Shown: positions 1-9,846 of the stretch, piece after piece | Layout: each line of letters starts with the position of its first letter | How positions within the stretch are numbered: the stretch's first letter is position 1 | Notes under the pieces: model-generated | Told to the model about the DNA's origin: nothing | Database searches by the model: none | Seen by the model: only the letters and a program-made list of their open reading frames with translations | Origin: Chlorobiaceae bacterium | Lineage (GTDB): Bacteria > Bacteroidota > Ignavibacteria > UBA10030 > SZUA-254 | Assembly (NCBI GenBank): GCA_013824245.1 | Contig: PNNN01000051.1 | Span: 53,415-117,414, forward strand | DNA length: 64,000 bases | Reading direction: 5' to 3' | Translations under genes and position numbers: made by a program

Positions 1-246
1 TCCAAAAAGAATTACAGCCGGAATTCCCAAAGATTTAACTTCTTCACATTCCTTCACGATATTATCGATCGACATTTGATAAACACCCTGCATCGAAGAA
101 ATTTCTTTCTTTATATTTTTACCCGGAACGGAAAACAGGGGATAAATAAAATCGTTTTTCGAGAGTTCAGTCTCGCGAACCATCGAGCGGAGTAGCGGAG
201 TCATTCTGGTTCGTCTGTGCCGTGTAAATTTTACTGGAGTATTCAT
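1..246 (-). CDS. hemB: Porphobilinogen synthase (ALA dehydratase), 5' part; runs off the window edge
   Basis: Not in the ORF track. Manual translation from ATG at 246 gives MNTPVKFTRHRRTRMTPLLRSMVRETELSKNDFIYPLF...SMQGVYQMSID...LGIPAVILFG, a typical HemB N-terminus; heme gene context. Confidence 0.92.
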   Translation of the reverse strand, partial: MNTPVKFTRHRRTRMTPLLRSMVRETELSKNDFIYPLFSVPGKNIKKEISSMQGVYQMSIDNIVKECEEVKSLGIPAVILFG

Positions 247-278
247 TTTGTTTCCTTTGTTCAGAATATATTTCAAAA

Positions 279-1076
279 TTATTCAATTGACTTTAAAAAT
301 TTTCTAAGAATTTTATTAAATTCTTCAGGATTTTCAACATTCGACATATGTGCGGCATTCGGAATTATATGAAGCGCGGAATCGCTTATTTTTTCTTTCA
401 TTGAAATTGAACAAGATGGAGGTGTAAGTTCATCGAACTGTCCGACCATTATTAAAGTGGGAATTTTGATGCTCGGCAGGAACGCTGTTGAATTTGTGCG
501 TCCCGCTAACGCAATCATCATTCCAGCCATAGCATTTGCAGAATTTCTTTCGATGATATCGTGCAAATGTCTCCATACTTCTGTTTTTTTGTGAACATTA
601 TTTTCCGTGAGCACAGCCGGAAGAAACTTGTTTGCAAATTTCTTCATACCGTAGATTTTAACTTTTCTTGCGTCAGTAGCACGCTTGATTTTAACCTCAT
701 TTGAATCATCTTCACTTCGTGTATCACATAAAACAAGTCCTATGAAGCGATCTTGATTTCTCTCAACTGCGCGAAGCGCTATATAACCGCCCATCGATGA
801 TCCAACAATCACTGCTTTTGGGATGTGTAAAATATCGAGCAGACCGAACAGATCGTCAACGCAATACTCGATTGTATATTGCCCATTGCCAACGTCGCTC
901 AATCCGTGTCCTCTTACGTCGTATGATAAAACTGCATAATCTTTTTTAAATTCTGCGACCTGCGGTCTCCACATTTCTTTACTGAAAGGAAAACCGTGTA
1001 TAAAAATTACCGGTACACCCGTATTGGGTCCTTCAATTGAATAATCAATGCCAAAGCCATTAACTTTTACGTACAT
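279..1076 (-). CDS. Alpha/beta-fold hydrolase (enol-lactonase-like)
   Basis: HGFP oxyanion motif, DVRGHG, GSSMGG nucleophile elbow, GQFD acid and AAHMS histidine. Confidence 0.85.
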   Translation of the reverse strand: MYVKVNGFGIDYSIEGPNTGVPVIFIHGFPFSKEMWRPQVAEFKKDYAVLSYDVRGHGLSDVGNGQYTIEYCVDDLFGLLDILHIPKAVIVGSSMGGYIALRAVERNQDRFIGLVLCDTRSEDDSNEVKIKRATDARKVKIYGMKKFANKFLPAVLTENNVHKKTEVWRHLHDIIERNSANAMAGMMIALAGRTNSTAFLPSIKIPTLIMVGQFDELTPPSCSISMKEKISDSALHIIPNAAHMSNVENPEEFNKILRKFLKSIE

Positions 1077-1192
1077 ATTAACTTCTCCTGCTCGTCATAT
1101 ATCGATTAAGAAATTGATAAGATATAAAAATTGATTCCGATGATCGAGTTTCATACAGATAGTATATAAAAAATATTTTACCGCTATTAGAA

Positions 1193-2116
1193 CTATTTCG
1201 ATTTATCTTTTTTGTCGGGATGAAGAATTGATAGAACAATTGAAGTGGCAATTATAATAAATATAGCCGCAAGTGATGATAAAATAGGAACCTGATACCA
1301 CGGTTCAATAAGCATTTTTACTCCGATGAAACCAAGTACAATCGAAAGTCCATATTTGAGATAGCGGAATTCATTCATGAATCCCGCGAGAACGAAATAA
1401 AGAGCGCGTAATCCTAATATTGCAAAAATATTTGAAGTATAGATGATAAATGTATCTTGCGTAATCGAAAAAATAGCGGGAATTGAATCGGTAGCAAACG
1501 CAATGTCGGTGCTTTCTATCATTAGAAGGACTAATAAGAGCGGTGTCGCGAATCGTTTTCCCTCTTGCACAACGAAAAATTTTTCTCCGACATAATCTTT
1601 AGTCACAGGGAACAATTTTCTCGCAAATCGAACCAAAGGATTATTCTCGGGATGAATTTCAGTCTCTCTCTGTACAGCCAATTTTATTGCCGTGAATATT
1701 AAAAAGGCACCTAAGAGATAGAGTATCCAATGAAACTGTGAAATTAATGCCGCACCCGCAACAATAAATATTGCCCGAAAAACTATAGCGCTAAGGATGC
1801 CCCAAAAAAGTACTTTATGTTGCGCGCTCCGAGGAACAGAAAAATAAGAGAAAATAATAATAAAAACGAAAACATTGTCTACAGATAATGCTTTCTCTAC
1901 TACATATCCTGTGTAATATTCAAGCGCTTTTATAGGTCCACTCTCATACCAAATGAATAACCCGAATAGCAAAGCAAGTGCTACCCAAACAGCACTCCAT
2001 GCGAGCGCTTCCTTCATACTAGGAAAGTGTGCTTTCTTTTGGATTACCCCCAAATCCAAAATCAACATTAAAATAATAAAAACATTAAAAAGAAGTAGAA
2101 TCAGGTTTTCGTTCAA
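1193..2116 (-). CDS. TerC/Alx family membrane protein
   Basis: EKALSVDNVFVF, DIAFATDSIPA and TSNIFAILGLRALYF motifs; TTG start with GAGGGG Shine-Dalgarno. Confidence 0.93.
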   Translation of the reverse strand: MNENLILLLFNVFIILMLILDLGVIQKKAHFPSMKEALAWSAVWVALALLFGLFIWYESGPIKALEYYTGYVVEKALSVDNVFVFIIIFSYFSVPRSAQHKVLFWGILSAIVFRAIFIVAGAALISQFHWILYLLGAFLIFTAIKLAVQRETEIHPENNPLVRFARKLFPVTKDYVGEKFFVVQEGKRFATPLLLVLLMIESTDIAFATDSIPAIFSITQDTFIIYTSNIFAILGLRALYFVLAGFMNEFRYLKYGLSIVLGFIGVKMLIEPWYQVPILSSLAAIFIIIATSIVLSILHPDKKDKSK

Positions 2117-2120
2117 AGAA

Positions 2121-2276
2121 CCCCTCGAAATAAATTGTGATTGAATATTTCTCTGAAGAATTAATTGTTGCCGTTACTTATTTATGAAAACACCCGAATT
2201 AGTAATATCGTTCGGATGATCGATCCGTTTATGATGAAATTATTGTTTTGATCATTAAACGGGATCCCTATTCGAG
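2121..2276 (-). promoter_or_regulatory. Candidate structured 5' leader of terC
   Basis: Hairpins at 2222-2266 and 2191-2218; 5' CUCGAA (2271-2276) is complementary to UUCGAG overlapping the SD (2124-2129). Confidence 0.35.
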
Positions 2277-2316
2277 TTAAATAAATGTACTAATTTTGAA
2301 TAACAAATGCACATTA

Positions 2317-3729
2317 TCAAGAATGGTCACGGTTTAAATAATCAACGATTTTTTTACAAGTTTTGTCAGAATTCATAAAACAATCTCCAACCGCTATCCC
2401 GCCACGATAGTTGCTGGCAACGAATGTGCCTTGGAAATTGTCTTCAAATCGAGTTATCTTATCGAGGATTTTACCGTAACCTAAATTGTATTGCGGTATC
2501 GCTCTCTTCCAGCGTGCAATTTTTTGGTAAACCGGTTTACCTTCAATTTGCATCAACGCTTGTAAATCATCGAGCACGATTTTAAGAATCTCATCATCAT
2601 CGAATTCGGTAAGTTCCGGTTGCCGTGAGCCGCCGACAAAAGTTGTGAGAGCAATATGATCTCTTGGCGCTCGATTCGGAAAAAGTGAAGAGGACCAGAT
2701 GGTGCCCAATATATTTTTGTGCTCAACGGCAGGCACAAGAAAACCGAATCCGTCAAGATTGCGATTGATTTGCTTGTCTGCAAATCCGAGGAACACTTCA
2801 GCCACAGGAGGATAGTAAATTGACCGCAAAACTGAAGCTGTTTCGGGATCGATCTTTTCTATGATCGAAGCGGTGGCATCGGCAGGAGATGAGAGTACAA
2901 CCACTGGAGCTTCGAGCTTTAATCGTTCACCGTTTTGAATAAACGTTACAGTATAAATAGGTCTGTTGCCAACTTTCATCGGGATTACGCTTTCAACTGT
3001 TGATTCATTGATGATCGCGGTGCCGAGCGCTCTTGAAATATTTACCGGTAAACTCTGCATCCCGTCATGAAACGAAAATAATTTCGCACGGTCTTTTGCA
3101 ATTTCTTTACGTGCTTTGCGTTCTCTGCGCGATCCAATCATTCCTTTAATCAACCCGCCGTATTTTTCTTCTAACGCGTATAATTTGGGAAATGCGTGCT
3201 TAACCGACAATGTTTCAGGGTTGCCCGCATATACACCGGCAACAAACGGATTGATTGCATAATCTAAAAATTCTTTTCCAAGTCTTCGTTCAACAAACTG
3301 GGCAATTGTTTCTTCCGAATTGCCTCTGCCAATGAACGGTTCTTTTAACAATCGCAATTTGCCGCCTGCACTCCACAATTTTGTTCGAATGAAAGATAAT
3401 GGATCCATCGGCACAGGAAGCAATGTTCCGTTCTTTACAATATACCGTTTGGATGATTGCTCGTTTGCATAAATGCGTTGAGATTCAATTCCTAAGCTAC
3501 TGATGATTTCCCCAATCAATGGAGTGGTTTCGAGCGCGCTGTTAGGACCTGTTTCAATCAGCCATCCGTTATCGGGAACAGTCTTCATTGTGCCGCCAAC
3601 GGCGCTATCTTTTTCTAGGACTGTTACATCAATGTTTTGTTTCGAAAGCAAGTATGCTGTCAGCAATCCGGATATTCCGCCACCGATTACAATTACCGAA
3701 TTATTCATCTGTGAGTTTGCATGTTGCAT
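2317..3729 (-). CDS. hemY: Protoporphyrinogen oxidase, HemY type
   Basis: GGGISG FAD-binding motif, ETGPNS, GFGFLVP and WKRAIPQY; adjacent to hemH. Confidence 0.93.
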   Translation of the reverse strand: MQHANSQMNNSVIVIGGGISGLLTAYLLSKQNIDVTVLEKDSAVGGTMKTVPDNGWLIETGPNSALETTPLIGEIISSLGIESQRIYANEQSSKRYIVKNGTLLPVPMDPLSFIRTKLWSAGGKLRLLKEPFIGRGNSEETIAQFVERRLGKEFLDYAINPFVAGVYAGNPETLSVKHAFPKLYALEEKYGGLIKGMIGSRRERKARKEIAKDRAKLFSFHDGMQSLPVNISRALGTAIINESTVESVIPMKVGNRPIYTVTFIQNGERLKLEAPVVVLSSPADATASIIEKIDPETASVLRSIYYPPVAEVFLGFADKQINRNLDGFGFLVPAVEHKNILGTIWSSSLFPNRAPRDHIALTTFVGGSRQPELTEFDDDEILKIVLDDLQALMQIEGKPVYQKIARWKRAIPQYNLGYGKILDKITRFEDNFQGTFVASNYRGGIAVGDCFMNSDKTCKKIVDYLNRDHS

Positions 3730-3772
3730 TTTGATTGAATTGATATCTATAATTAATAAACAGTTGTACGGT

Positions 3773-4756
3773 TTAAATCTGTTCCAGCACTAACGCAGTC
3801 AAGCATGCAATGAAGTCAGCATCATTATTTAATGCCGGCATGATTTCAAATCTGCTCGCTCCGTTTTCCATTGCGTATTTTCTCATTTCGATTCCAATTT
3901 CATGAAGTGTTTCAATATGATCTGTTACGAACGAGATTGGAATGATAAGAAAATTTTTTCTGCCTCTCGCGGTCAGTTCCGTAATCGCATCATGCAGAGA
4001 TGGACCAAGCCATTTAATCGGCCCGACTTTACTTTGATAGCAAACTGTGTGTGGAGAATTCCATTTACCTTTTTGAAGAACAAGTTTAACCGTTTCAATA
4101 ATATGATTTTGATACGGGTCTCCTTTTTTTACATAACTTACAGGAATACTATGTGCGCTAAAAACCAGATCGATATCTGTCGGACCGATGTCAGTAAAAC
4201 TTGCCAACGCTGAATTTATATGATTTATAATTGCATTTATATATAATGAATGGGTGTAAAAAGATTCTATCGTTCCTAATTGAACGGGGTTGTAATTTAG
4301 AAGCGCGCATTGTTTCTTCCATTCCTTTATGCTTGAAAGAGTGGTTGCTTTTGAGTATTGTGGGTAGAGTGGGAGTAAAATTATTTTTGAAAACGTATCA
4401 TGTTTGATTTTTAGTATAACTTCTTCCGTGTTCGGATGCCAGTAACGCATTGCGACGAAAACTTCTGCATTAGTATGTTTATTTAAACTTTGCTCAAGCG
4501 CGACTGCCTGCGCCCGGGTTAAAGAGAGAATGGGAGACTTGCCGCCTATTGTACGGTAATTTTCTTTTACTTTCGTAGAGCGGCTTGCTGCAATTTTTCG
4601 CGCAATAAATCGACGGGCAAGAAAAGCGCCGGGGAAATTTATTATGTCAGGATCGGAAAAAAGGTTGTACAAAAATGGCTCAACTGAATCTAACGAATCA
4701 GGTCCTCCAAGCTGAAAAAGAATCACGGCTATTTTATTTGTTAAATTTTTCAACAT
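3773..4756 (-). CDS. hemH: Ferrochelatase
   Basis: QLGGPDS, GGKSPI, PLYPQYS, FSAHSIP, YQSKVGP and FVTDHIETLHEI motifs. Confidence 0.96.
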   Translation of the reverse strand: MLKNLTNKIAVILFQLGGPDSLDSVEPFLYNLFSDPDIINFPGAFLARRFIARKIAASRSTKVKENYRTIGGKSPILSLTRAQAVALEQSLNKHTNAEVFVAMRYWHPNTEEVILKIKHDTFSKIILLPLYPQYSKATTLSSIKEWKKQCALLNYNPVQLGTIESFYTHSLYINAIINHINSALASFTDIGPTDIDLVFSAHSIPVSYVKKGDPYQNHIIETVKLVLQKGKWNSPHTVCYQSKVGPIKWLGPSLHDAITELTARGRKNFLIIPISFVTDHIETLHEIGIEMRKYAMENGASRFEIMPALNNDADFIACLTALVLEQI

Positions 4757-4775
4757 TTGATTAAAAAGATTAAAA

Positions 4776-5600
4776 TTAATAGATGCATGTACTGATCACA
4801 TAATCTAAATCTTCACCTGTAACTGCATCCACATATACATCCCAACAATTCAAGGATATTTTCCATGCTTTTCTGTATTCAACATATCTTGTTTTCAAAT
4901 CTCTTGGATGAGACCAACGATATACAAGAGCCATCGTAAGATTCGTTGAGATAATGTCATCCTTTGATATGTTTATTTTTTTTATTAACGATTTCCATCC
5001 TCCGTACGAAATTTCTTTCCCAATAATAATTTCTTTTGCTTGATTTTCATTTATTGAAATATCCCCGGATGAAAACAATAAAGTTGGGACACAATTGGAA
5101 TGAAAATAATGTAAAACCCCAAGCTTTGAAAGCTGTACATTTACTTTGCCGCCCTTAGAAGGATCAGATACTTCTAATTGATACGGGAATCTTTTCTCGA
5201 ATTGAAAGTAATACAATTCTCCCCTAAGATCGTTTTGTTCACCTTGCGCTACCAAAATGAGTTCGGAAGATGAAACATTAAACAACTCTTTCCATTCATC
5301 AATGAATTTTAGAATAACCGCAAGAGCATACTCGCTGGTTATTGTATCTTTAAGAGAGGGTAAAATATTTATTTCATGATCGGTTCTTAGGTCAGGTGTG
5401 AGTAATAAGGTATCAATTTTTATTTTTGTATTATTAAATTTATACTTGTTGTTAAATTTAGTCCAAAGCTTATTAAATTTATTAATGCGTTCTTCTGAAA
5501 ATCGTAAAGTAGGTGGGTATCCGTCTGGGTTTTTAATGGTAATCTGAAAACAATTTAAAGATATAAAAAAAAATAGTCCAAATAAAAAAATATTCTTCAT
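4776..5600 (-). CDS. Exported hypothetical protein with a PepSY/propeptide-like C-terminus
   Basis: Hydrophobic N-terminal signal ending near a Cys; C-terminal AWKISL..VYVDAVTGE resembles PepSY; visibly AT-rich. Confidence 0.6.
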   Translation of the reverse strand: MKNIFLFGLFFFISLNCFQITIKNPDGYPPTLRFSEERINKFNKLWTKFNNKYKFNNTKIKIDTLLLTPDLRTDHEINILPSLKDTITSEYALAVILKFIDEWKELFNVSSSELILVAQGEQNDLRGELYYFQFEKRFPYQLEVSDPSKGGKVNVQLSKLGVLHYFHSNCVPTLLFSSGDISINENQAKEIIIGKEISYGGWKSLIKKINISKDDIISTNLTMALVYRWSHPRDLKTRYVEYRKAWKISLNCWDVYVDAVTGEDLDYVISTCIY

Positions 5601-5677
5601 ATTTTACTACTCCCGAAAATTATAAATTATAGACTGAGATATTTTCACAAATTATTTGTAGCAATTTTGCGTTTTAA

Positions 5678-6361
5678 TTAATCAACGAATTTATATTTGA
5701 ACAACGTCCAAATGGCTTCAATTCCGTCTTTCCATTTTATTTTCTTGCCTTCGTTTTTCGTTCGCGGATAATAATGAATCGGTAATTCAACTATCTTCTC
5801 ACCGCGCTTTAAAACCTTTGCAGTAACCTCGGGGCAGAATTCGAAACGAACGCATCGCAATTGTATTTTTTTTAATAGGTCTGCTCTGAAAACTTTATAA
5901 CAAGTCGGTTCATCTGTGATGTTGGAGTTGTAGAGGAAGTTTGTCAACCACGATAAAAATTTTCCTCCGATATAAAAACTGAAATAACTATGCTGATGTG
6001 TTGTGCCAAGTTCGCGCGAGCCGTAAACAACATTTGTTTTTCCATCGATGATCGGTTTCATAAGTTTCGGATAATCTTCCGGCTCGTACTCCAGATCGGC
6101 ATCTTGAATGATGACGATATCTCCTGTAACGTGCTCAATCCCGCTGCGGATTGCTTTCCCTTTTCCGTAATTTCTTTCGTGAAATACAACCTTCACACTC
6201 TCAAGCTTCGCGTATTCTCCGATGATTTCCCGCGACCGGTCGGTTGAATAATCATCAACGATAATAATTTCTTTTTCAACATTGACTTTTAAAACTTTAT
6301 CGAACAGTTGTCGGAGTGTTCGTTCTTCATTGTAAACAGGAATGATTACAGATAGTTTCAT
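5678..6361 (-). CDS. Family 2 glycosyltransferase (polyprenol-phosphate sugar synthase-like)
   Basis: SVIIPVYNEE, VDDYSTD, NYGKG and QDADLEY motifs. Confidence 0.92.
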   Translation of the reverse strand: MKLSVIIPVYNEERTLRQLFDKVLKVNVEKEIIIVDDYSTDRSREIIGEYAKLESVKVVFHERNYGKGKAIRSGIEHVTGDIVIIQDADLEYEPEDYPKLMKPIIDGKTNVVYGSRELGTTHQHSYFSFYIGGKFLSWLTNFLYNSNITDEPTCYKVFRADLLKKIQLRCVRFEFCPEVTAKVLKRGEKIVELPIHYYPRTKNEGKKIKWKDGIEAIWTLFKYKFVD

Positions 6362-6378
6362 TTTGTGAGATTATCCTT

Positions 6379-7932
6379 TTATTCTTTCAGCGATAAAGAA
6401 CGTTGAAGTCCAAATGCCGATACAGTTATTGATGAGGCGAGCAAAACAATTCCCACGATAATAATCCATCCCTGAATATTTGCGCTCAATCCGTAAGTGA
6501 ACCAAAAATCTATTGTATGAAGAAGTTTTGAACGATCTTCTTCTCCGATTGGCAATCTTTTATCGGGTGTATCCTGACTAATGCCAAGTCGTGGATAATT
6601 TCCTTCAAGATGTTCACCAATATTTCTTTTTAGCATTTTCCAATGTCCAATAATTGGAGAATAATTTGGGATGAAGTGTGCCTTTGAAAGAAATTCAGGG
6701 TCGTCGAAGTTTTTTTGATATGGATATTCGCCGATTTCTCTTAAGTACGCACCGGCATAAATTGAAATACCGCCGATTTGGACAATGAATCCGAGAACGG
6801 TAAGCGTAATTGCAAATTGTTTAACTATCTTTTGTGCTCGGTTGAGATAGAATGCAATCATTAAGAAGAAAAGCGGGAGAAATGGCGATAGATATCTGGG
6901 ACCCCAACTGCCATCGCCGCCCCATGCGATATATACACTCGATAAAATCAAATTGACGATAAACATTCCTCCGATTAAGTATGTTTCATCTCTATGGTGT
7001 TTGCGAAATTCATTGATTGTCGGAAAGATGAGTAACAAGAGAGGAGCAAACCAAAACATTCCTTTTCCCGGACTAAATAATAATCCGAACATTCCGACAT
7101 AAAAAGGAATGTTGAACGAAGTTCCTCCGGCATAACCAGTGTTTAACGGATTTGAGAATCGAATAAAATTATACAATCCCGTTCCCATAAATCCAATCAG
7201 GATAATCGGTATAGAAAATTTTAACAGGACAGAGAATTTCATGTCATTTTTGCCGGTGAATATTTTCCAGAAGATGTATAGACCAAGCGGCAGCAAATTT
7301 ATCACGAACGCCAACTTTGTGAGTATACCATATCCAATAAAAATCCCAGCGATGATTACATCTTTAGATTTTTTTTCCTTAAGCGCGCGGATTATATATC
7401 CCGTTCCACCTATCATACATAATGCAAGTATCGGTTCACGCATGAACATTTTTAGATATGGGAGAAGAAATGTTGTCAATATTAGCGCAATAGCCATGCC
7501 GACTGATAACCGACGAGTCACTCCATAATAACGTGAGAGCGAATAAAACATAATCGCTATCCACGCTCCAACAAAAGCACTTGTGAGTGAGACTGCGGCT
7601 TTGATTATTAATGTAGATAAGGATGGAGATATAGAGATGATCGATGTGATTCCATATCCTATCAGATACATCGGTATCCCCGCGATGATATTGCCTGCTT
7701 CGTACCATGTATATGATTTTCCATCGAGGGTGGTGCTGTTGGGTGCGTCTGGGAAGGGAATAGCAAAACTGCCGTTCTTAATAATGTTTTCTACAGTTAG
7801 ATACATCGAAACTTCATCGCTGGAAACAAGTCGTGCGCCGCTGATAAAAAATAGAATTGAAAGGATGAAGAGAAAAAGAAAAAATTTTACCTTCCGTTCC
7901 GAAAAAAATATCGATACTTTCTGATCCATCAT
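6379..7932 (-). CDS. Multi-pass membrane protein, probable GT-C fold glycosyltransferase
   Basis: SSDE acidic motif after TM1, many TM helices, WGGDGSWGPRYL motif; directly upstream of the GT2 gene. Confidence 0.7.
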   Translation of the reverse strand: MMDQKVSIFFSERKVKFFLFLFILSILFFISGARLVSSDEVSMYLTVENIIKNGSFAIPFPDAPNSTTLDGKSYTWYEAGNIIAGIPMYLIGYGITSIISISPSLSTLIIKAAVSLTSAFVGAWIAIMFYSLSRYYGVTRRLSVGMAIALILTTFLLPYLKMFMREPILALCMIGGTGYIIRALKEKKSKDVIIAGIFIGYGILTKLAFVINLLPLGLYIFWKIFTGKNDMKFSVLLKFSIPIILIGFMGTGLYNFIRFSNPLNTGYAGGTSFNIPFYVGMFGLLFSPGKGMFWFAPLLLLIFPTINEFRKHHRDETYLIGGMFIVNLILSSVYIAWGGDGSWGPRYLSPFLPLFFLMIAFYLNRAQKIVKQFAITLTVLGFIVQIGGISIYAGAYLREIGEYPYQKNFDDPEFLSKAHFIPNYSPIIGHWKMLKRNIGEHLEGNYPRLGISQDTPDKRLPIGEEDRSKLLHTIDFWFTYGLSANIQGWIIIVGIVLLASSITVSAFGLQRSLSLKE

Positions 7933-7996
7933 CCTTCTTTATTAGAATTTAGTTTTACGGAATAAAAAATCGTAAATGAAATTACAATATCAAGAG

Positions 7997-9040
7997 TTAC
8001 AAATGAAACGATACACTTTCTTCTTTAACCGCATTGATAAATTCCCTCGCATGTTCAACGGGGATGTCGGGCAGTATGCCATGCCCTAAGTTAAATATAT
8101 GTCCGTTACCTTTTCCGAATTTCTCTAAAATCATTTTCACTTCTTGCCGAATGCGTTCCGGTTTTGTGTAAAGGATTGTTGGATCCATATTTCCCTGAAG
8201 AGCGGTAGTACTGCCGATTAATTTTCGCACCATTCCAATGTCGTTTGACCAATCCAAACCAACAACGTCGCAGCCGGTAGCGGCAATTTTCTCAAGAGAG
8301 TGGCCGCAATCTTTACAGAAAACAATTATGGGTGCGCCTTTTGTTTTCGTTTCTTCTATGATTTGTCGGATGTAATATAATGAAAATTCCTGAAATGCAT
8401 CCTGCGTTAAAATACCCCCCCAGGTATCGAATATCTGGACTGCCTGCGCGCCGGCTTCGATCTGAGCGCTTAAATATGCCGCAACCGATTTTGCGAGTTT
8501 ATCAAGCAATTGATGAGCAAGTTTAGGTTCGTTGTAAATTAGTTCTTTAGCATATCGGAAATTTTTTGAACCGTGCCCCTCCACCATATATGCTGCGAGT
8601 GTCCATGGCGATCCGCTAAATCCGATGAGTGGAACACGATCGGAAAGAGATTTTCGGGTCAAACGCAAAGCATCCATTACAAACTTTAGTTTTTCATTCG
8701 GATCAGGAACCTGAATTTTGTTTATATCTTCTTTTGATCTCAACGGTGAAGGGAATCGTGGTCCCCCTTTTCCTTCTTCAACAATTAATTCCATTCCCAT
8801 TGCTTCGGGGATAACAAGTATGTCGGAAAAAATTATAGCGGCGTCAACTCTAAGGATATCGACCGGTTGAATTGTAACTTCTGTTGCAAGCTCAGGAGTT
8901 TTGCATAATGTTAGAAAGTCGGTTTTTGCACGAACCGCGCGGTACTCAGGCAAATACCTGCCTGCCTGGCGCATCATCCAAACAGGAGTTCGATTTGTGG
9001 GTTGACGTTTACAAGCTTTAAGAAAAATATCGTTGATCAT
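7997..9040 (-). CDS. hemE: Uroporphyrinogen decarboxylase
   Basis: PVWMMRQAGRYLPEY, FSDIL and FNLGHGI motifs. Confidence 0.97.
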   Translation of the reverse strand: MINDIFLKACKRQPTNRTPVWMMRQAGRYLPEYRAVRAKTDFLTLCKTPELATEVTIQPVDILRVDAAIIFSDILVIPEAMGMELIVEEGKGGPRFPSPLRSKEDINKIQVPDPNEKLKFVMDALRLTRKSLSDRVPLIGFSGSPWTLAAYMVEGHGSKNFRYAKELIYNEPKLAHQLLDKLAKSVAAYLSAQIEAGAQAVQIFDTWGGILTQDAFQEFSLYYIRQIIEETKTKGAPIIVFCKDCGHSLEKIAATGCDVVGLDWSNDIGMVRKLIGSTTALQGNMDPTILYTKPERIRQEVKMILEKFGKGNGHIFNLGHGILPDIPVEHAREFINAVKEESVSFHL

Positions 9041-9057
9041 TTGTAATAATTAAATTA

Positions 9058-9843
9058 TTATTGTTCATGTGTATTAAAATAACGAATTATAGATTCAATC
9101 ATCGCTTCGATCGAAGATTGAGATGGTAAAATGTCTGGCTCTAAATCGAATTCTACGAGAGCAGTGGCGGTGGTTGGACCAATTACAGCTATCCTGGGCT
9201 TTGCACTAAAATATTTATTTTTATCGTTTCCGATTATTTGGAAAAAATTTTTCACCGTTGATGGACTTGTGAAAGTTATTACATCTATTTTATTAGCTTC
9301 GAGCATTGCTCGAATTATTTCCACATTTTCTCCGCTCGGAGGCAATGTTCGATACACAATAACATCATCAACAGATGCCCCTAAATATTTTAACGTAGAT
9401 GGAATTGTATCTTTTGCCAAGTCTCCTTTCGGAAATAGGTAACACTTTCCGTTAAGGTTCTCTTCCCTCATCAATCGGGAAAGATCTAATGCGGTATGTT
9501 TCTCAGGAACAGAAATTGAAGTAACTCCTTGTTCAGTAAGAGCTTTCTTGGTTTTCTCACCAACGGCAAATATATTTTTTTTATTCAGCGTCGAAATCTC
9601 CGCATGAAGATATTTCATTCTTTCAAAGAAAAAAGAAACTCCATTCCAGCTTGTGAATATTATGCCATCGTACATATAAAGCTTTCCAAGAGCATGGTCT
9701 ACCGGGTCCCAATTTTCAGGTGGATGAATCTCTATCGTAGGAAAGCAGATAGCCACACCGCCGTTAGTGTTGATGAGGTCTATAATTTCAGCAGTCTGAT
9801 TGCCCGCTCTGGTTATTAAGATGGTTTTTCCCGAAAGATTCAT
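9058..9843 (-). CDS. hemD: Uroporphyrinogen-III synthase
   Basis: ILITR, IFTS.NGV, VGEKT, VYRT, FTSPSTV and IGPTTA motifs. Confidence 0.93.
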   Translation of the reverse strand: MNLSGKTILITRAGNQTAEIIDLINTNGGVAICFPTIEIHPPENWDPVDHALGKLYMYDGIIFTSWNGVSFFFERMKYLHAEISTLNKKNIFAVGEKTKKALTEQGVTSISVPEKHTALDLSRLMREENLNGKCYLFPKGDLAKDTIPSTLKYLGASVDDVIVYRTLPPSGENVEIIRAMLEANKIDVITFTSPSTVKNFFQIIGNDKNKYFSAKPRIAVIGPTTATALVEFDLEPDILPSQSSIEAMIESIIRYFNTHEQ

Positions 9844-9846
9844 GAA

